Virus record (IMG/VR): IMGVR_UViG_3300030118_002182
Coordinates: 1-44,440 of that record
Strand: one strand, 5' to 3'
Length of the DNA stretch: 44,440 nucleotides
Source: a virus
Taxonomy: Duplodnaviria > Caudoviricetes
Below are positions 27,344 to 37,766 of the stretch, in pieces. The notes beneath the pieces are model-generated. The model was not told the origin of the DNA and searched no databases. It worked only from the letters and a program-made list of their open reading frames with translations. Positions within the stretch are counted from its first letter, which is position 1; every line of letters starts with the position of its first letter. Position numbers and translations under genes: made by a program.

Positions 27344-27477
27344 GAGGATTAAGACCACAGGTAAAAAGACACACTAACGGTAAGAAGAAAACAAGACAAG
27401 GGCAAAGTCATAGAACAAAGTATGGAAATAAAATGAGTACAAAATATTACAAGAAAAGAAATAGAGGACAAGGATAA
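27340..27477 (+). CDS. 45-aa basic peptide (KKTRQGQS...KKRNRGQG)
   Basis: ATGA and TAATG overlaps. Confidence 0.7.
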   Translation: MRGLRPQVKRHTNGKKKTRQGQSHRTKYGNKMSTKYYKKRNRGQG

Positions 27478-28130
27478 TGGCAACATTTAAACAACAAATA
27501 TTTGATATTACTGGTGATTTATCTACATCAGTATCTGATGCTTCAATAACTCAGTGGCTAACATCAGGTGCTAGGTTAGTATTGAATGCTATGCCTATAC
27601 ATAAGTTAAACAGAATAGCTAGTAATGAAAACTTTACAAACACTGTAGATGTTGAAGGCAAAAGAATATTAAGTGTATTGAGAAGAGATGAAAATAATAG
27701 TGGTTTAGCTATGCCTTGTAGAGAGCTACCAGCATCAATGATGGGTAAGGTAAACGATACAAATTATATGGAAGCAGCAGGGACAAGTGACCCAGCTTAT
27801 ATTATTTTTGACAAAGTTTTAAATATATTTCCTACAGTGGTTAGCAGTAATCATAGTAGGCTTGTGGCTATAGATACTAGTATAACAGTAGCTCATGGCG
27901 TAGAAGTTATTGATAACTTTCCAGATGAGGCAGAGTATGCTGTAACTCTTTATGCAGCAAGACAAGCTTTGAAAAAATTAATAGCAGATGCTAATAACGA
28001 TGAGGATGTGGAAATGGCATCATCTTATAGCAATCAGTACGCATTAGTAGATGCTCAATACAAAGAAGCATTACAGATTTTAGGTATAGAAGAAATAGAA
28101 GAAAGAAAACTACAGAAGGATGCTAGATAA
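27477..28130 (+). CDS. Putative head-tail adaptor protein
   Basis: Position; DPAYII...LNIFP...FPDEAEYAVTLYAA. Confidence 0.5.
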   Translation: MATFKQQIFDITGDLSTSVSDASITQWLTSGARLVLNAMPIHKLNRIASNENFTNTVDVEGKRILSVLRRDENNSGLAMPCRELPASMMGKVNDTNYMEAAGTSDPAYIIFDKVLNIFPTVVSSNHSRLVAIDTSITVAHGVEVIDNFPDEAEYAVTLYAARQALKKLIADANNDEDVEMASSYSNQYALVDAQYKEALQILGIEEIEERKLQKDAR

Positions 28131-28399
28131 TGGCTGTTACTACTAAATGGAATAAACAGGGATTAAATCCATCTAGTTCTTGGTCAGAAAAATTAGATGT
28201 TGTTACTTCCTCCTGGAGTAAAAAAACTATTGTTCCAAGCTCAGGCTGGACAGAATCTATAACGAGTGCAGCTGCAACTTGGAGTGAAAAAGTTATATCA
28301 CCTGTTACTAGTTGGGCAGAAGTTTTAGAACAGTTTAGGCTTTGGAATGATGGTAACGCTTTTTGGCAGGATGTAAACGCAAAATATGAGGACTTATAA
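28130..28399 (+). CDS. Trp-periodic repeat protein
   Basis: W at 7, 18, 29, 40, 51, 62. Confidence 0.7.
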   Translation: MAVTTKWNKQGLNPSSSWSEKLDVVTSSWSKKTIVPSSGWTESITSAAATWSEKVISPVTSWAEVLEQFRLWNDGNAFWQDVNAKYEDL

Positions 28400-28704
28400 T
28401 GGCAGCAATAGAATTTAATGGTAAAGAAATACATAGTAGAGTTCAACAGGCAGTGCCTGAAGTTTCAGAAAACTATGTATTAAATTTAATTAATGAAGCA
28501 TTGATAGACTTAGGGCAGTATAATCTAAAAACAGAATATGCTAAAACAGATTTATCAAATAATCAAATGTGGTATGGTCTTGATGACGATAGAGATATAA
28601 CTGTGAACAAAGTATTTAGATGCAGCATTCTCAACTCGGATGGAGAATATATAAAAATACCTAGATTAACAAACCAAGAAACAAAAATAACAGATACGGA
28701 GTAA
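28399..28704 (+). CDS. Putative structural protein (adaptor-like N-terminal half)
   Basis: LINEALID...WYGL pattern; position. Confidence 0.5.
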   Translation: MAAIEFNGKEIHSRVQQAVPEVSENYVLNLINEALIDLGQYNLKTEYAKTDLSNNQMWYGLDDDRDITVNKVFRCSILNSDGEYIKIPRLTNQETKITDTE

Positions 28705-28706
28705 TT

Positions 28707-29390
28707 ATGTCTACAGTAAATAGTTTATTTAAAGACCCTTCACTAAACTTTGTATGGTGGATAGAAGGAGATAAAATAGCTATAGCCACCTCAGAGGGTG
28801 ACGGAGGAACAACCGAAACAGGAGAAGGTAGATTAAAAGCTCCTGTTATAGGAACGACCTCATCTTTCCAAGCAGACGGAGAAACTCGTAATTTATTAAA
28901 CGGAGCTATAAATGCATCTGTTACTACAGTAACTGTAGACCATGGAGCTGCTTTTGTAGTAGGTGATATTTTATTAATAGATTCAGAAAAAATGTTAATT
29001 ACAAATATATCAAGCAATGACTTAACTGTAACCAGAGGACACAGAAATACAACTGCTGCAGCACACGATGACGATTCACCCTTGTCCACTACTAACGTTT
29101 TGGTACAAGGTATGCTAATATCATACTACGCAGAGCCAGACAAGCTTACATCTATCACAGGAACGATAGATATAGATAATACACTACAACCTGCATTAAT
29201 ATTGTATGTTAAAGCTAAAGCTTTGATGGATGCAGCGGCTAAAACAAATAATGCAGAATTGGCACAAATAAAATTACAATCAGCTCAAATGGCTATGGCA
29301 GAATATAGAGAGATGGTTAGAAGATATGGTGTAAGAAGAAGAGATAAAACTGGAGGAACACGTGGTATTGTTCCTGCAAACTTTACATAG
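28707..29390 (+). CDS. Putative structural protein (adaptor-like C-terminal half with beta insert)
   Basis: GDILLIDSEKM...LTVTRG...TTAAAH insert; ALILYVKAK. Confidence 0.5.
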   Translation: MSTVNSLFKDPSLNFVWWIEGDKIAIATSEGDGGTTETGEGRLKAPVIGTTSSFQADGETRNLLNGAINASVTTVTVDHGAAFVVGDILLIDSEKMLITNISSNDLTVTRGHRNTTAAAHDDDSPLSTTNVLVQGMLISYYAEPDKLTSITGTIDIDNTLQPALILYVKAKALMDAAAKTNNAELAQIKLQSAQMAMAEYREMVRRYGVRRRDKTGGTRGIVPANFT

Positions 29391-29397
29391 GTAAAAA

Positions 29398-32300
29398 ATG
29401 GCAACACTAACTGGTAAAAAAATATCAGAGTCTTATAAGGACTTGCTACAGGTTTCTAATGGTAATTCTGGAGTTGATGGAACTTTAAGAGACATAGAAG
29501 ATGGAGAGGGTACAACTAGTATCTTACAAATAAGTTCTTCTTCTATAAATATTAAAGACGATGGAGCTTTACAAATTAATGAAACTGCCGTTACTTCTAC
29601 AGCAGCAGAACTAAACCTGCTTGATGGTGTTACTGCAACTACTGCAGAAATAAACTATTTAGATGGTGTTACTTCCAATATACAAACTCAATTAGATTCT
29701 AAACTATCATCACATCCTAGCATATCAGCTGCCACTTCATCTGACAATAGTGGAAGAACCTATATACAAGATATTACTTTGGATGCTAATGGACACGTGA
29801 CTGGTATAGCAACAGCTACTGAAACAGTAACTGATACTAATACTTTTAGAACAGTAACTGCAGGTGGTAATACATTAGGTTCTTCAGAAACTTTGGCTTT
29901 TACAGAAGGTTCAAATATAACTATAACTGAATCTGGTGGTGCAGTTACAATAGCAGCTACAGATACTAACACTCAACTGTCAAATGCACAAGTAAGAACA
30001 GCTGTCGAAGCAGCTACAGACTCTAATGTATTTACAGATGCTGACCACACTAAATTAAATAACATAGAAGCATTAGCTGATAAAACAGATACTGCCAATG
30101 TAACAACTGCTGGTGCGTTAATGGATAGTGAACTGACAAGTATTGCAGATGTAAAAGCTTTAGACCAATCAGTAATAAGTGGAGCTGAACCTACATTTGG
30201 AACAGCAAATATGTCTGATGCTACAAACAAAAGATTTATGACTGATGCTCAAGAAACTAAACTTGACTCAGTTGAAAGTAATTCTACTGCAGACCAAACA
30301 GCCTCAGACATTAGAGCATTAGGATTTTTTGATACATCTAATGACGGTGCTACAAGTGGTTTAGATTCTGATAAATTAGACGGAGAACACGGAAGTCACT
30401 ATTTAGATTTTGGCAACTTTGCTATTGATGATGATGAAATACCTATTGCAAAACTAGCTTCTGATAATGTTAGTTATGGTGGAGTAACTGTCACTTTAGG
30501 AGCTTCAGATGCAACACCTGCATTTGATTTATCTGATGCAACAAGCTTACCTATCGTAGCAGGTACATCTGGAACACTAAGTGTAGCTAGAGGTGGTACA
30601 GGTGCTACATCACTAAATGATTTAATTACATTAGGAACACACACTACAGGTAACTATGTTGCAGCTGTTGCTGGAACTAGTAATGAAATAGAAGTATCAG
30701 GTAGTGCTGGTGAAGGTGCTACATTTACTGTAGGATTACCAGATGATGTAACTATTGGTGGAGACTTATCTGTTACTGGAGACTTACAAGTAAATGGTAC
30801 AACAACTACTGTTAATCAAACTAACTTAGATGTATCAGATAATATCATAGGATTAAATCGTGGAATAAGTTCTAATTCAAATGATTCAGGATTAATTATA
30901 GAAAGAGGTAGCACTGGTGACAATGCAGCAATTATATGGGATGAGACTGCCAATAAGTTTAAAGTAGGTACAACTACTTCAGACGCTTCTTCTACAGGTA
31001 ATTTAACAGTAGCTACAGGTACTTTAATAGCAGCACTAGAAGGTAATGCTAGTACAGCAACAACATTAGCAAATGCAAGAGATATTAGTTTAACAGGAAA
31101 TGTTGTTGGTACAACTTCTACTGGTTTTGACGGTAGTGGTGCTGTTAGTATTTCTACAACTATAGCAGATGATAGTGTAGAATTAGGAACGAAAACAACA
31201 GGTAATTATGTTGCTACATTGACTGCAGGTAATTTAATTCAGCTGTCAAACAATAGTGGAGAAGGAGCTACACCAACTATAGATGTAGATTTATCTGAGC
31301 TGAACACATCTACATCAGACGGAGACGGAGATTTCTTTGCAGTGGTTGATAGTTCAAATGCTCAAAAGAAACTTACAAAGGGTAATATTAATTTATCTGG
31401 TTTTAACAATGACTCAAATTTTTTGACAAGTGTACCTAATCATAGTGCTAACTTACTTACATCAGGAACTGTGCCATTAGCTAGACTATCAGGTATTAGT
31501 GACGGAAACTTAGCATCTGATGCAGCTATAGGAAACTCTAAACTTGCTAATAGTGCTATTACAATAGACGGTACATCAGTTTCTCTTGGTGGTAGTATAA
31601 CAACTAACACACTATCAACAGAACAAGTTGAAGATATTGTTGGTGCAATGTTCAGCAGTAACACAGAAACTAGAATTAGTGCTACCTATGTCGATAATGG
31701 TTCTGGAAATGGAAAAATAAATTTAGTTGTTGATGATATGACTGCAAACACTATGGGTTCAGGTTTTGTAATAGAAGACGGAGACAGCACTGAAGTAATA
31801 ATTACTGAAAATAAAGAGATTAAATTTGTAGAAGGTGGTGGTATAAACATCAACTTTACTAACGTAGCAAATGGAACAGATGCAGACCCTTTTGATTTAA
31901 CATTTGAATTAGCAAGTCATAGTGCAAGTTTATTAGGTTCAGGCACTGTGCCTCTAGCAAGATTGTCAGGTATTAGTGATGGAAACATAGCATCTGACGC
32001 TGCTATTGCAATTAGTAAATTGGCTGAAAATGCTATAACAATTAATGGAACATCAGTCCCTCTTGGTGGAAGCACTACTATAGCTACAGGTAGCACACCA
32101 AATAATGCAACTATAACATTATCTAATGGAGCTGGTATAGGCTCTATTGGAAACTTTACAACAAATCAAAGTGGTGATGAAACATTAACTATAGGTGTAG
32201 ACGGTATACTACAAGACTTAGATACATTAGGTGCACCTTCTGTTAATGGTCAATTTATTGTTGCTACTGGTTCTGGAGCTTTTCAATATGAGACAGGTAG

Positions 32301-35300
32301 TACAGTAAGAGCAAGTTTAGGATTAGGAGATTTAGCAATTAAAGACGGAATATCAGACAGTGATATTGATTCTGATGCAGCTATAGCTATAACAAAACTA
32401 GCAGAAAGTGCTATAACAATTAATGGAACATCAGTCCCTCTTGGTGGAAGCACTACTATATCTTCTCCAATCACTGCACTTAACAGTGCTACTGCAAATG
32501 AATTAGTCACAGTGGGTTCTACTACAACAGAATTAGACGCAGAATCTTCTCTTACTTTTGATGGAAGTACTTTAGCAGTTACTGGTGACCAAACTCTTAG
32601 TGGAGTATTAAAAAATAGTAGTAATGGCGATAATAGATTAACTCTTGATGATGATTCAGATTCAAGTGTTGCAAACCAAGTAACCTTAGCAGGTGTAAAC
32701 AATGTCAATATTTTAATAGATGGTACTAATAATGGTACTGGTGATTTCCAAATTAGGTCAAGACCAACTACTGCTAATGATTTAGACACAGCAGATATTA
32801 TTGTAGATATAGATGAAACTACTGCAATTTTTGATAATATTACTTCACAACAATTTAAAATAGGTGGGGCTTCAAGAACTGTAATTAATGAATCAGGACT
32901 AAAAGTAGAAAATGCTTCATTAGGTGTAGGACAAACTCCACCTTCTGTTAATGGTTCTGCACATATAAGTAATCTATTAAGAGTAGGAACTGCAGGAGAA
33001 GTTGCTTTAACTGTAAATGATGGTGGTGGTAATGCCAATGTAACATTTAATCATACTTCAAAAGTTCCTGACCAAAATGGTAATTCAGGGAGAATAGAAG
33101 TAAATGTTGATAGTTCAGGTGGTGCTTATATGGCATTTGAAGTGAAATCAAATGTTACAAGTGGTGTATCAGTTAGTACAGATGAAAAACTTAGAATTGA
33201 TGATAATGGAGTAGATATAAATGGTAATATACTTACTGGTAATTCATCTAATCCTACAATAGAAATTAGAAACACAGCAACAAGTGCAGGTAGTGGACCT
33301 GCTTTAATATTTGGTCATAGTCAATCAGGAACATCATCAGTAGCAAAAATAGATACGCATTTAACAAATGGTAGTGAATCAGGAAGAGCAGGTCATTTAG
33401 ATTTTCACACATCTACAAGCAGTACTATGACGCATAGAATGAGAATACAAAGTGATGGTAAGGTCGGCATAGGAACTCAATCACCTGCAAGTGAATTACA
33501 CATTGGAACTGGTAATACTGCAAGACACATTAAAGTTTCAGATAATAGGGCTATGTTTGGTTATGATGGTGCTAATGCAGTAGTTCAAGGTGGTAATACA
33601 AAAGGAATAGAATTTAATACTAATAGCGACACATTTAATACTAATACAAGAATGACTATTACTGCTGGTGGAAATGTCGGTATAGGAACTTCATCACCTG
33701 CTGCATTTCTTGATGTTCATAAAGATAATGATAATTCAGGGAATCAATTTAGAGTAGCAGATACAGAAGGTGGTAGTGCAGCAGTAAGAACATACTCTAC
33801 TTCTGATGGCACAGGATTAATCTTAAATCATTATTATGCAGTAAGTGGTAGTCCATATATGAGATATTCAGATTTTGTATCATCAATGGGAGATGGTGCA
33901 GCAACAACAATGAGATTTTTAACAAAACCACTTAATTCAAATCCTGCTGTTGCTATGGTAATAGACAATCATCAACAAGTCGGTATAGGAACTACATCGC
34001 CTGCAGCTACAATTCATGTAGAAGATTCAGATGGTAGTAATTTAGCAAGATTTAAAGATTCAGATAGTTCTTATGCAGGTATTATTATAGCAGGCGATAC
34101 AAATGGTGGTCATGTAGGTAATAGTGGTGGTTATGCAGGAGAGGGAATTTATTTTCAAGACAGTATAGAAGTGATGAGATTTTACGCAGCTGGTAGTGAA
34201 CAAATGCGACTTACTGGCACAGGGCGATTAGGTATAGGAACTGCATCGCCTACAGATACTTTACAAGTAGAGGGTAGTATTGGAGTAGGTGTAGGTAGAG
34301 ATGCACAATTAACTGCTGTCAATAATGGATTAGCAATCAGAAACCTTGTATCTGATGCAGATATGTTCTTTTATGTCAATGATGGTGGAGTTGATACTGA
34401 AGCCATGAGAATAGATGGTGCTACTGCTAATGTTGGTATAGGAACTACATCACCTGATGCTAAGCTTGAAATTACTGGTGGAACTGCTACAGATTTATTT
34501 TCTCTTGAAGGTGCAGGTAGTAATTTTAAACTTTTAGCAGAATCAGGAAATTCAAATTCTTCAAATATAATGTCTTATAGAATATCTTTAGATTATGCTT
34601 CAGGTACAGCAACAAATGGATTTATAGATTTTTATAGAGGTTCTGATGGTGCAAATGGATTTTTAACATTTGGTACTTCAGGCACTGAAAAAATGAGAAT
34701 AGATGGTTCAGGTAATGTTGGTATAGGAGAAACCAATCCTGATAGTCCTTTACATTTTGGAAGTAATGTAGCAACAAGTGCAGGGTTTGATAGTTTTGCA
34801 GATTATCAAATATTATTACACGATACAGGAACTGCTTCAACTTCTTATGGTATGGGTATTAGAGGTAATACATTTATGTTTAATACTGATAGGGATTATG
34901 AATGGAGATATGAAAATACTGCTAAATTATTTTTTGCAGGACAAAATGGACGATTAGGGATAGGAACTACATCACCAGAATCAAAGTTAAACATTGTAGA
35001 CTCAGGAGAAACTATAATTAGATTATATGCTTCAACTGCTTCAACTCGTTCAGGTATTTGGTTTACTAATGGAAGTTATTCTTATGGAACAAACATTGGT
35101 ACTGACAATAAGTTTCACATTACAGGAAATATAAATTCTGAAGGAGAACTCGTTACAGTAGATGCTTCAGGCAATATGGGCGTAGGAACTACATCGCCTT
35201 CAAGTAAGTTTCATGTATCAGGTGGAGATTCAAGACACTCAGGTGGTAAATTAATTTATGAAGCAGGTGGAAATTCTGATTACCTAAGAATACAAAGAGC

Positions 35301-36078
35301 ATCATCAAGCGGTAGAGCACAGATGCAATTTACAAATGAAAGCACTTCTGAATTATGGAGAGTAGGATTAACTGGTGGTGGTGGTGAAGATTTTGTGTTT
35401 TGGAATGGAAGTAATAATGTTTTAATACTAGATAGAAGTGCTAATGAAGTAGAGGTAAGTGGAACATTGTTAGTAGGTGGAACAGCACCTTCAGGACATG
35501 GATTTAATTTAGAAGTGTTAAATGACCATGCCTATGTAAAAGGTCCAGATGGTTGGGATGGTAATGGAGATAAAGCAATAGTAGCATTAGGTAGTGGAGT
35601 ATCAAATGAAAGTTTTGGTTGTGGTTATGTATATGGTACTGGATTAGTATTATCAACTTATAAACCAAGTGGTGGTGGACACTTTGGAAGTAGCACTCAA
35701 AATAGTTTAATAATAGCAGACACAACAGGACAAGCATCATTTATTAATGATGTAGTAGCTTTTGCAAGTTCAGACATAAGACTCAAAGAAAACGTAAAGC
35801 CATTAGACAATGCACTTGATAAAATTAATAAGATTAATGGTGTAGAGTTTGATTGGATAGATGGTAAAGACGAACATGGTAATAGTGTTCATGGAAACGA
35901 AGGACATGATGTGGGTGTTATAGCACAAGAAATAGAGGAAGTCCTTCCTGAAGTAGTGACTACAAGAGATAATGGATATAAAGCAGTTAAATACGAAAAG
36001 ATTGTACCTCTACTAATAGAGGCAATAAAAGAACAACAACAACAAATAAACGAACTTAAGGAGAAGTTAAATGGCTAA
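29398..36078 (+). CDS. Tail fibre with C-terminal intramolecular chaperone (peptidase S74)
   Basis: GNVGIGTTSP-type repeats; SSDIRLKEN...GVIAQEIEEVLPE...YEKIVPLLIEAIKE. Confidence 0.92.
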   Translation: MATLTGKKISESYKDLLQVSNGNSGVDGTLRDIEDGEGTTSILQISSSSINIKDDGALQINETAVTSTAAELNLLDGVTATTAEINYLDGVTSNIQTQLDSKLSSHPSISAATSSDNSGRTYIQDITLDANGHVTGIATATETVTDTNTFRTVTAGGNTLGSSETLAFTEGSNITITESGGAVTIAATDTNTQLSNAQVRTAVEAATDSNVFTDADHTKLNNIEALADKTDTANVTTAGALMDSELTSIADVKALDQSVISGAEPTFGTANMSDATNKRFMTDAQETKLDSVESNSTADQTASDIRALGFFDTSNDGATSGLDSDKLDGEHGSHYLDFGNFAIDDDEIPIAKLASDNVSYGGVTVTLGASDATPAFDLSDATSLPIVAGTSGTLSVARGGTGATSLNDLITLGTHTTGNYVAAVAGTSNEIEVSGSAGEGATFTVGLPDDVTIGGDLSVTGDLQVNGTTTTVNQTNLDVSDNIIGLNRGISSNSNDSGLIIERGSTGDNAAIIWDETANKFKVGTTTSDASSTGNLTVATGTLIAALEGNASTATTLANARDISLTGNVVGTTSTGFDGSGAVSISTTIADDSVELGTKTTGNYVATLTAGNLIQLSNNSGEGATPTIDVDLSELNTSTSDGDGDFFAVVDSSNAQKKLTKGNINLSGFNNDSNFLTSVPNHSANLLTSGTVPLARLSGISDGNLASDAAIGNSKLANSAITIDGTSVSLGGSITTNTLSTEQVEDIVGAMFSSNTETRISATYVDNGSGNGKINLVVDDMTANTMGSGFVIEDGDSTEVIITENKEIKFVEGGGININFTNVANGTDADPFDLTFELASHSASLLGSGTVPLARLSGISDGNIASDAAIAISKLAENAITINGTSVPLGGSTTIATGSTPNNATITLSNGAGIGSIGNFTTNQSGDETLTIGVDGILQDLDTLGAPSVNGQFIVATGSGAFQYETGSTVRASLGLGDLAIKDGISDSDIDSDAAIAITKLAESAITINGTSVPLGGSTTISSPITALNSATANELVTVGSTTTELDAESSLTFDGSTLAVTGDQTLSGVLKNSSNGDNRLTLDDDSDSSVANQVTLAGVNNVNILIDGTNNGTGDFQIRSRPTTANDLDTADIIVDIDETTAIFDNITSQQFKIGGASRTVINESGLKVENASLGVGQTPPSVNGSAHISNLLRVGTAGEVALTVNDGGGNANVTFNHTSKVPDQNGNSGRIEVNVDSSGGAYMAFEVKSNVTSGVSVSTDEKLRIDDNGVDINGNILTGNSSNPTIEIRNTATSAGSGPALIFGHSQSGTSSVAKIDTHLTNGSESGRAGHLDFHTSTSSTMTHRMRIQSDGKVGIGTQSPASELHIGTGNTARHIKVSDNRAMFGYDGANAVVQGGNTKGIEFNTNSDTFNTNTRMTITAGGNVGIGTSSPAAFLDVHKDNDNSGNQFRVADTEGGSAAVRTYSTSDGTGLILNHYYAVSGSPYMRYSDFVSSMGDGAATTMRFLTKPLNSNPAVAMVIDNHQQVGIGTTSPAATIHVEDSDGSNLARFKDSDSSYAGIIIAGDTNGGHVGNSGGYAGEGIYFQDSIEVMRFYAAGSEQMRLTGTGRLGIGTASPTDTLQVEGSIGVGVGRDAQLTAVNNGLAIRNLVSDADMFFYVNDGGVDTEAMRIDGATANVGIGTTSPDAKLEITGGTATDLFSLEGAGSNFKLLAESGNSNSSNIMSYRISLDYASGTATNGFIDFYRGSDGANGFLTFGTSGTEKMRIDGSGNVGIGETNPDSPLHFGSNVATSAGFDSFADYQILLHDTGTASTSYGMGIRGNTFMFNTDRDYEWRYENTAKLFFAGQNGRLGIGTTSPESKLNIVDSGETIIRLYASTASTRSGIWFTNGSYSYGTNIGTDNKFHITGNINSEGELVTVDASGNMGVGTTSPSSKFHVSGGDSRHSGGKLIYEAGGNSDYLRIQRASSSGRAQMQFTNESTSELWRVGLTGGGGEDFVFWNGSNNVLILDRSANEVEVSGTLLVGGTAPSGHGFNLEVLNDHAYVKGPDGWDGNGDKAIVALGSGVSNESFGCGYVYGTGLVLSTYKPSGGGHFGSSTQNSLIIADTTGQASFINDVVAFASSDIRLKENVKPLDNALDKINKINGVEFDWIDGKDEHGNSVHGNEGHDVGVIAQEIEEVLPEVVTTRDNGYKAVKYEKIVPLLIEAIKEQQQQINELKEKLNG
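32031..32460 (+). repeat. 52-bp identical direct repeat in tail fibre
   Basis: 32031-32082 equals 32409-32460. Confidence 0.9.
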
Positions 36079-36322
36079 AGTAATCGCAGAAAAAATAATT
36101 GAAGCACCTGTATATGAATCAGGTAAACAAGTAGAAATCAAATATACAAGAACTATGCAAGATGCTTCAGGAAAAGATGTAGAAGTGGTTGATTATATTG
36201 ATGTAAAATCAGTAGATGATGCTATATCACAATGTGAAGAACATAAAGCTAATTTAGAAGCACAACTTGCTGAGTGTGAATCTGAAATGGCAGAATATAT
36301 AGCAATTAGAGATGCTGAATAA
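36071..36322 (+). CDS. Hypothetical tail-fibre-associated protein
   Basis: Overlaps fibre stop. Confidence 0.7.
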   Translation: MAKVIAEKIIEAPVYESGKQVEIKYTRTMQDASGKDVEVVDYIDVKSVDDAISQCEEHKANLEAQLAECESEMAEYIAIRDAE

Positions 36323-36636
36323 TGGCAGTAAGCAATACAAATGTGTCATTAAAAAATGAAATAGGTAATGCTTGTAGACTATCACAAAATACAAACATTA
36401 GCTTAAGCTCATTAATGAGTGGACTTGAATTTAATGGTATACAACATACTTACGCAGCACAGTTAAGTGGACCTGTAAAAGACTTTGAAAAGTTTGGTGG
36501 AAGTAATAATCCATTACAAAGTACACCCAATACAGCACTAACTGCAACAAATAGAGCTGATATAGCTAATATACCACATAACATGAGCCATGCAATAGGT
36601 GGATTCCATGATGTAGGTGGTGGACCAGGACAATAA
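36322..36636 (+). CDS. Hypothetical protein
   Basis: TAATG coupling. Confidence 0.7.
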   Translation: MAVSNTNVSLKNEIGNACRLSQNTNISLSSLMSGLEFNGIQHTYAAQLSGPVKDFEKFGGSNNPLQSTPNTALTATNRADIANIPHNMSHAIGGFHDVGGGPGQ

Positions 36637-36652
36637 TATATAGGAGGATAAA

Positions 36653-36787
36653 ATGCCAGGACTAACAAAGAAACAAATGAAAATAGCAAGGGTAGCACCC
36701 CCAAGAAATAAAATAACAAGAGCAGATTTTATAGCATTGAAAAAAACAGATGCTCGTAAAAGAAGAATGGCTAATGGCAAGAAGTAA
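36653..36787 (+). CDS. 44-aa basic peptide (MPGLTKKQMKIARVAPPRNKITRADF...)
   Basis: AGGAGG RBS. Confidence 0.75.
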   Translation: MPGLTKKQMKIARVAPPRNKITRADFIALKKTDARKRRMANGKK

Positions 36788-37067
36788 AAGAGACCCAAGG
36801 CTTAAACGAGCAGGTGTATCAGGTTTTAATAAACCTAAAAGAACACCTAACCATCCAACCAAGTCACATATAGTTGTGGCTAAATCAGGTGGTAAAATAA
36901 AGACTATACGTTTTGGACAGCAAGGAGCTAAGACAGCTGGTAAACCAAAAGCAGGTGAGTCAAGACGTATAAAAATGAAACGTAAAAGTTTCAAAGCAAG
37001 ACACAGAAAGAATATAGCAAAAGGACCAATGAGTGCTGCTTATTGGGCAAACAAAGTTAAATGGTAG
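36774..37067 (+). CDS. Basic hypothetical protein (IRFGQQG...KSFKARH...SAAYWANKVKW)
   Basis: Motif resembles small basic proteins of aquatic viruses. Confidence 0.75.
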   Translation: MARSKRDPRLKRAGVSGFNKPKRTPNHPTKSHIVVAKSGGKIKTIRFGQQGAKTAGKPKAGESRRIKMKRKSFKARHRKNIAKGPMSAAYWANKVKW

Positions 37068-37076
37068 GAGAACAAA

Positions 37077-37373
37077 ATGGAAATAGGTAAAGATAGTAAA
37101 TTTACACTATCTATAGAAACAGCTGTCAGTGTTGCTGTAACTATAGGTATGGTTATTGGTTTATGGTATTCTTTACAAGCTGATATTGAAGAAGCTAAAA
37201 GACTGCCTGAGCCAGAGGTTTCACGTATGGAGTATGATTTAAAAGACCAGATGATTCGTGATTCAATATTAAATACTGAAGGTAAGGTTGATAAGTTGGA
37301 AGAGAAGGTAGACGATATTAAAGAGGATACTAAGATGATTCAAGAAACACTTATTAATATGAATAATAAATGA
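37077..37373 (+). CDS. Single-TM coiled-coil protein (possible lysis accessory)
   Basis: N-terminal TM then heptads; AGGAG RBS. Confidence 0.55.
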   Translation: MEIGKDSKFTLSIETAVSVAVTIGMVIGLWYSLQADIEEAKRLPEPEVSRMEYDLKDQMIRDSILNTEGKVDKLEEKVDDIKEDTKMIQETLINMNNK

Positions 37374-37379
37374 GGATAG

Positions 37380-37766
37380 ATGATGAAAAAGACAATGTTA
37401 TCATTATGTTTATGGTTTGGACTATCTTTTTCTTGGTTGCACTCGCAATCAGTTAATTTAGATAATTTTCAAGCTATACAACTAATGAACCAAGAAGAGT
37501 GTGCTGTGGTACAAGTAAATGCTTCTTGGAATTATAAGAATAGATTGCCCTTGGAAAAATTAAAAGACTGTTATATAGCAGAAATAGATTTAGCTAATAA
37601 AACTATAGGTGCTGTTATACAAAAAGAATGGAAGGTAAAAGTAGTTCCTACTATTATAATTTTTGAAAAAGGTAAAGAGATTATAAGATTTGAACCTGGG
37701 ATTAGTATGAAGTTTGATGAAAGAGAAGTCTTTGATAAAATCAAAAAGGAAGTTAAATCTAAATGA
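37380..37766 (+). CDS. Exported thioredoxin-fold protein lacking CxxC
   Basis: Signal-peptide-like N-terminus; VQVNASWN...VKVVPTIIIFEKGKEIIRF. Confidence 0.65.
   Translation: MMKKTMLSLCLWFGLSFSWLHSQSVNLDNFQAIQLMNQEECAVVQVNASWNYKNRLPLEKLKDCYIAEIDLANKTIGAVIQKEWKVKVVPTIIIFEKGKEIIRFEPGISMKFDEREVFDKIKKEVKSK

Noticed and set aside
32031-32460. Diversity-generating retroelement TR/VR pair
   Set aside because: Copies are identical and in frame, with no adenine-specific mismatches and no reverse transcriptase
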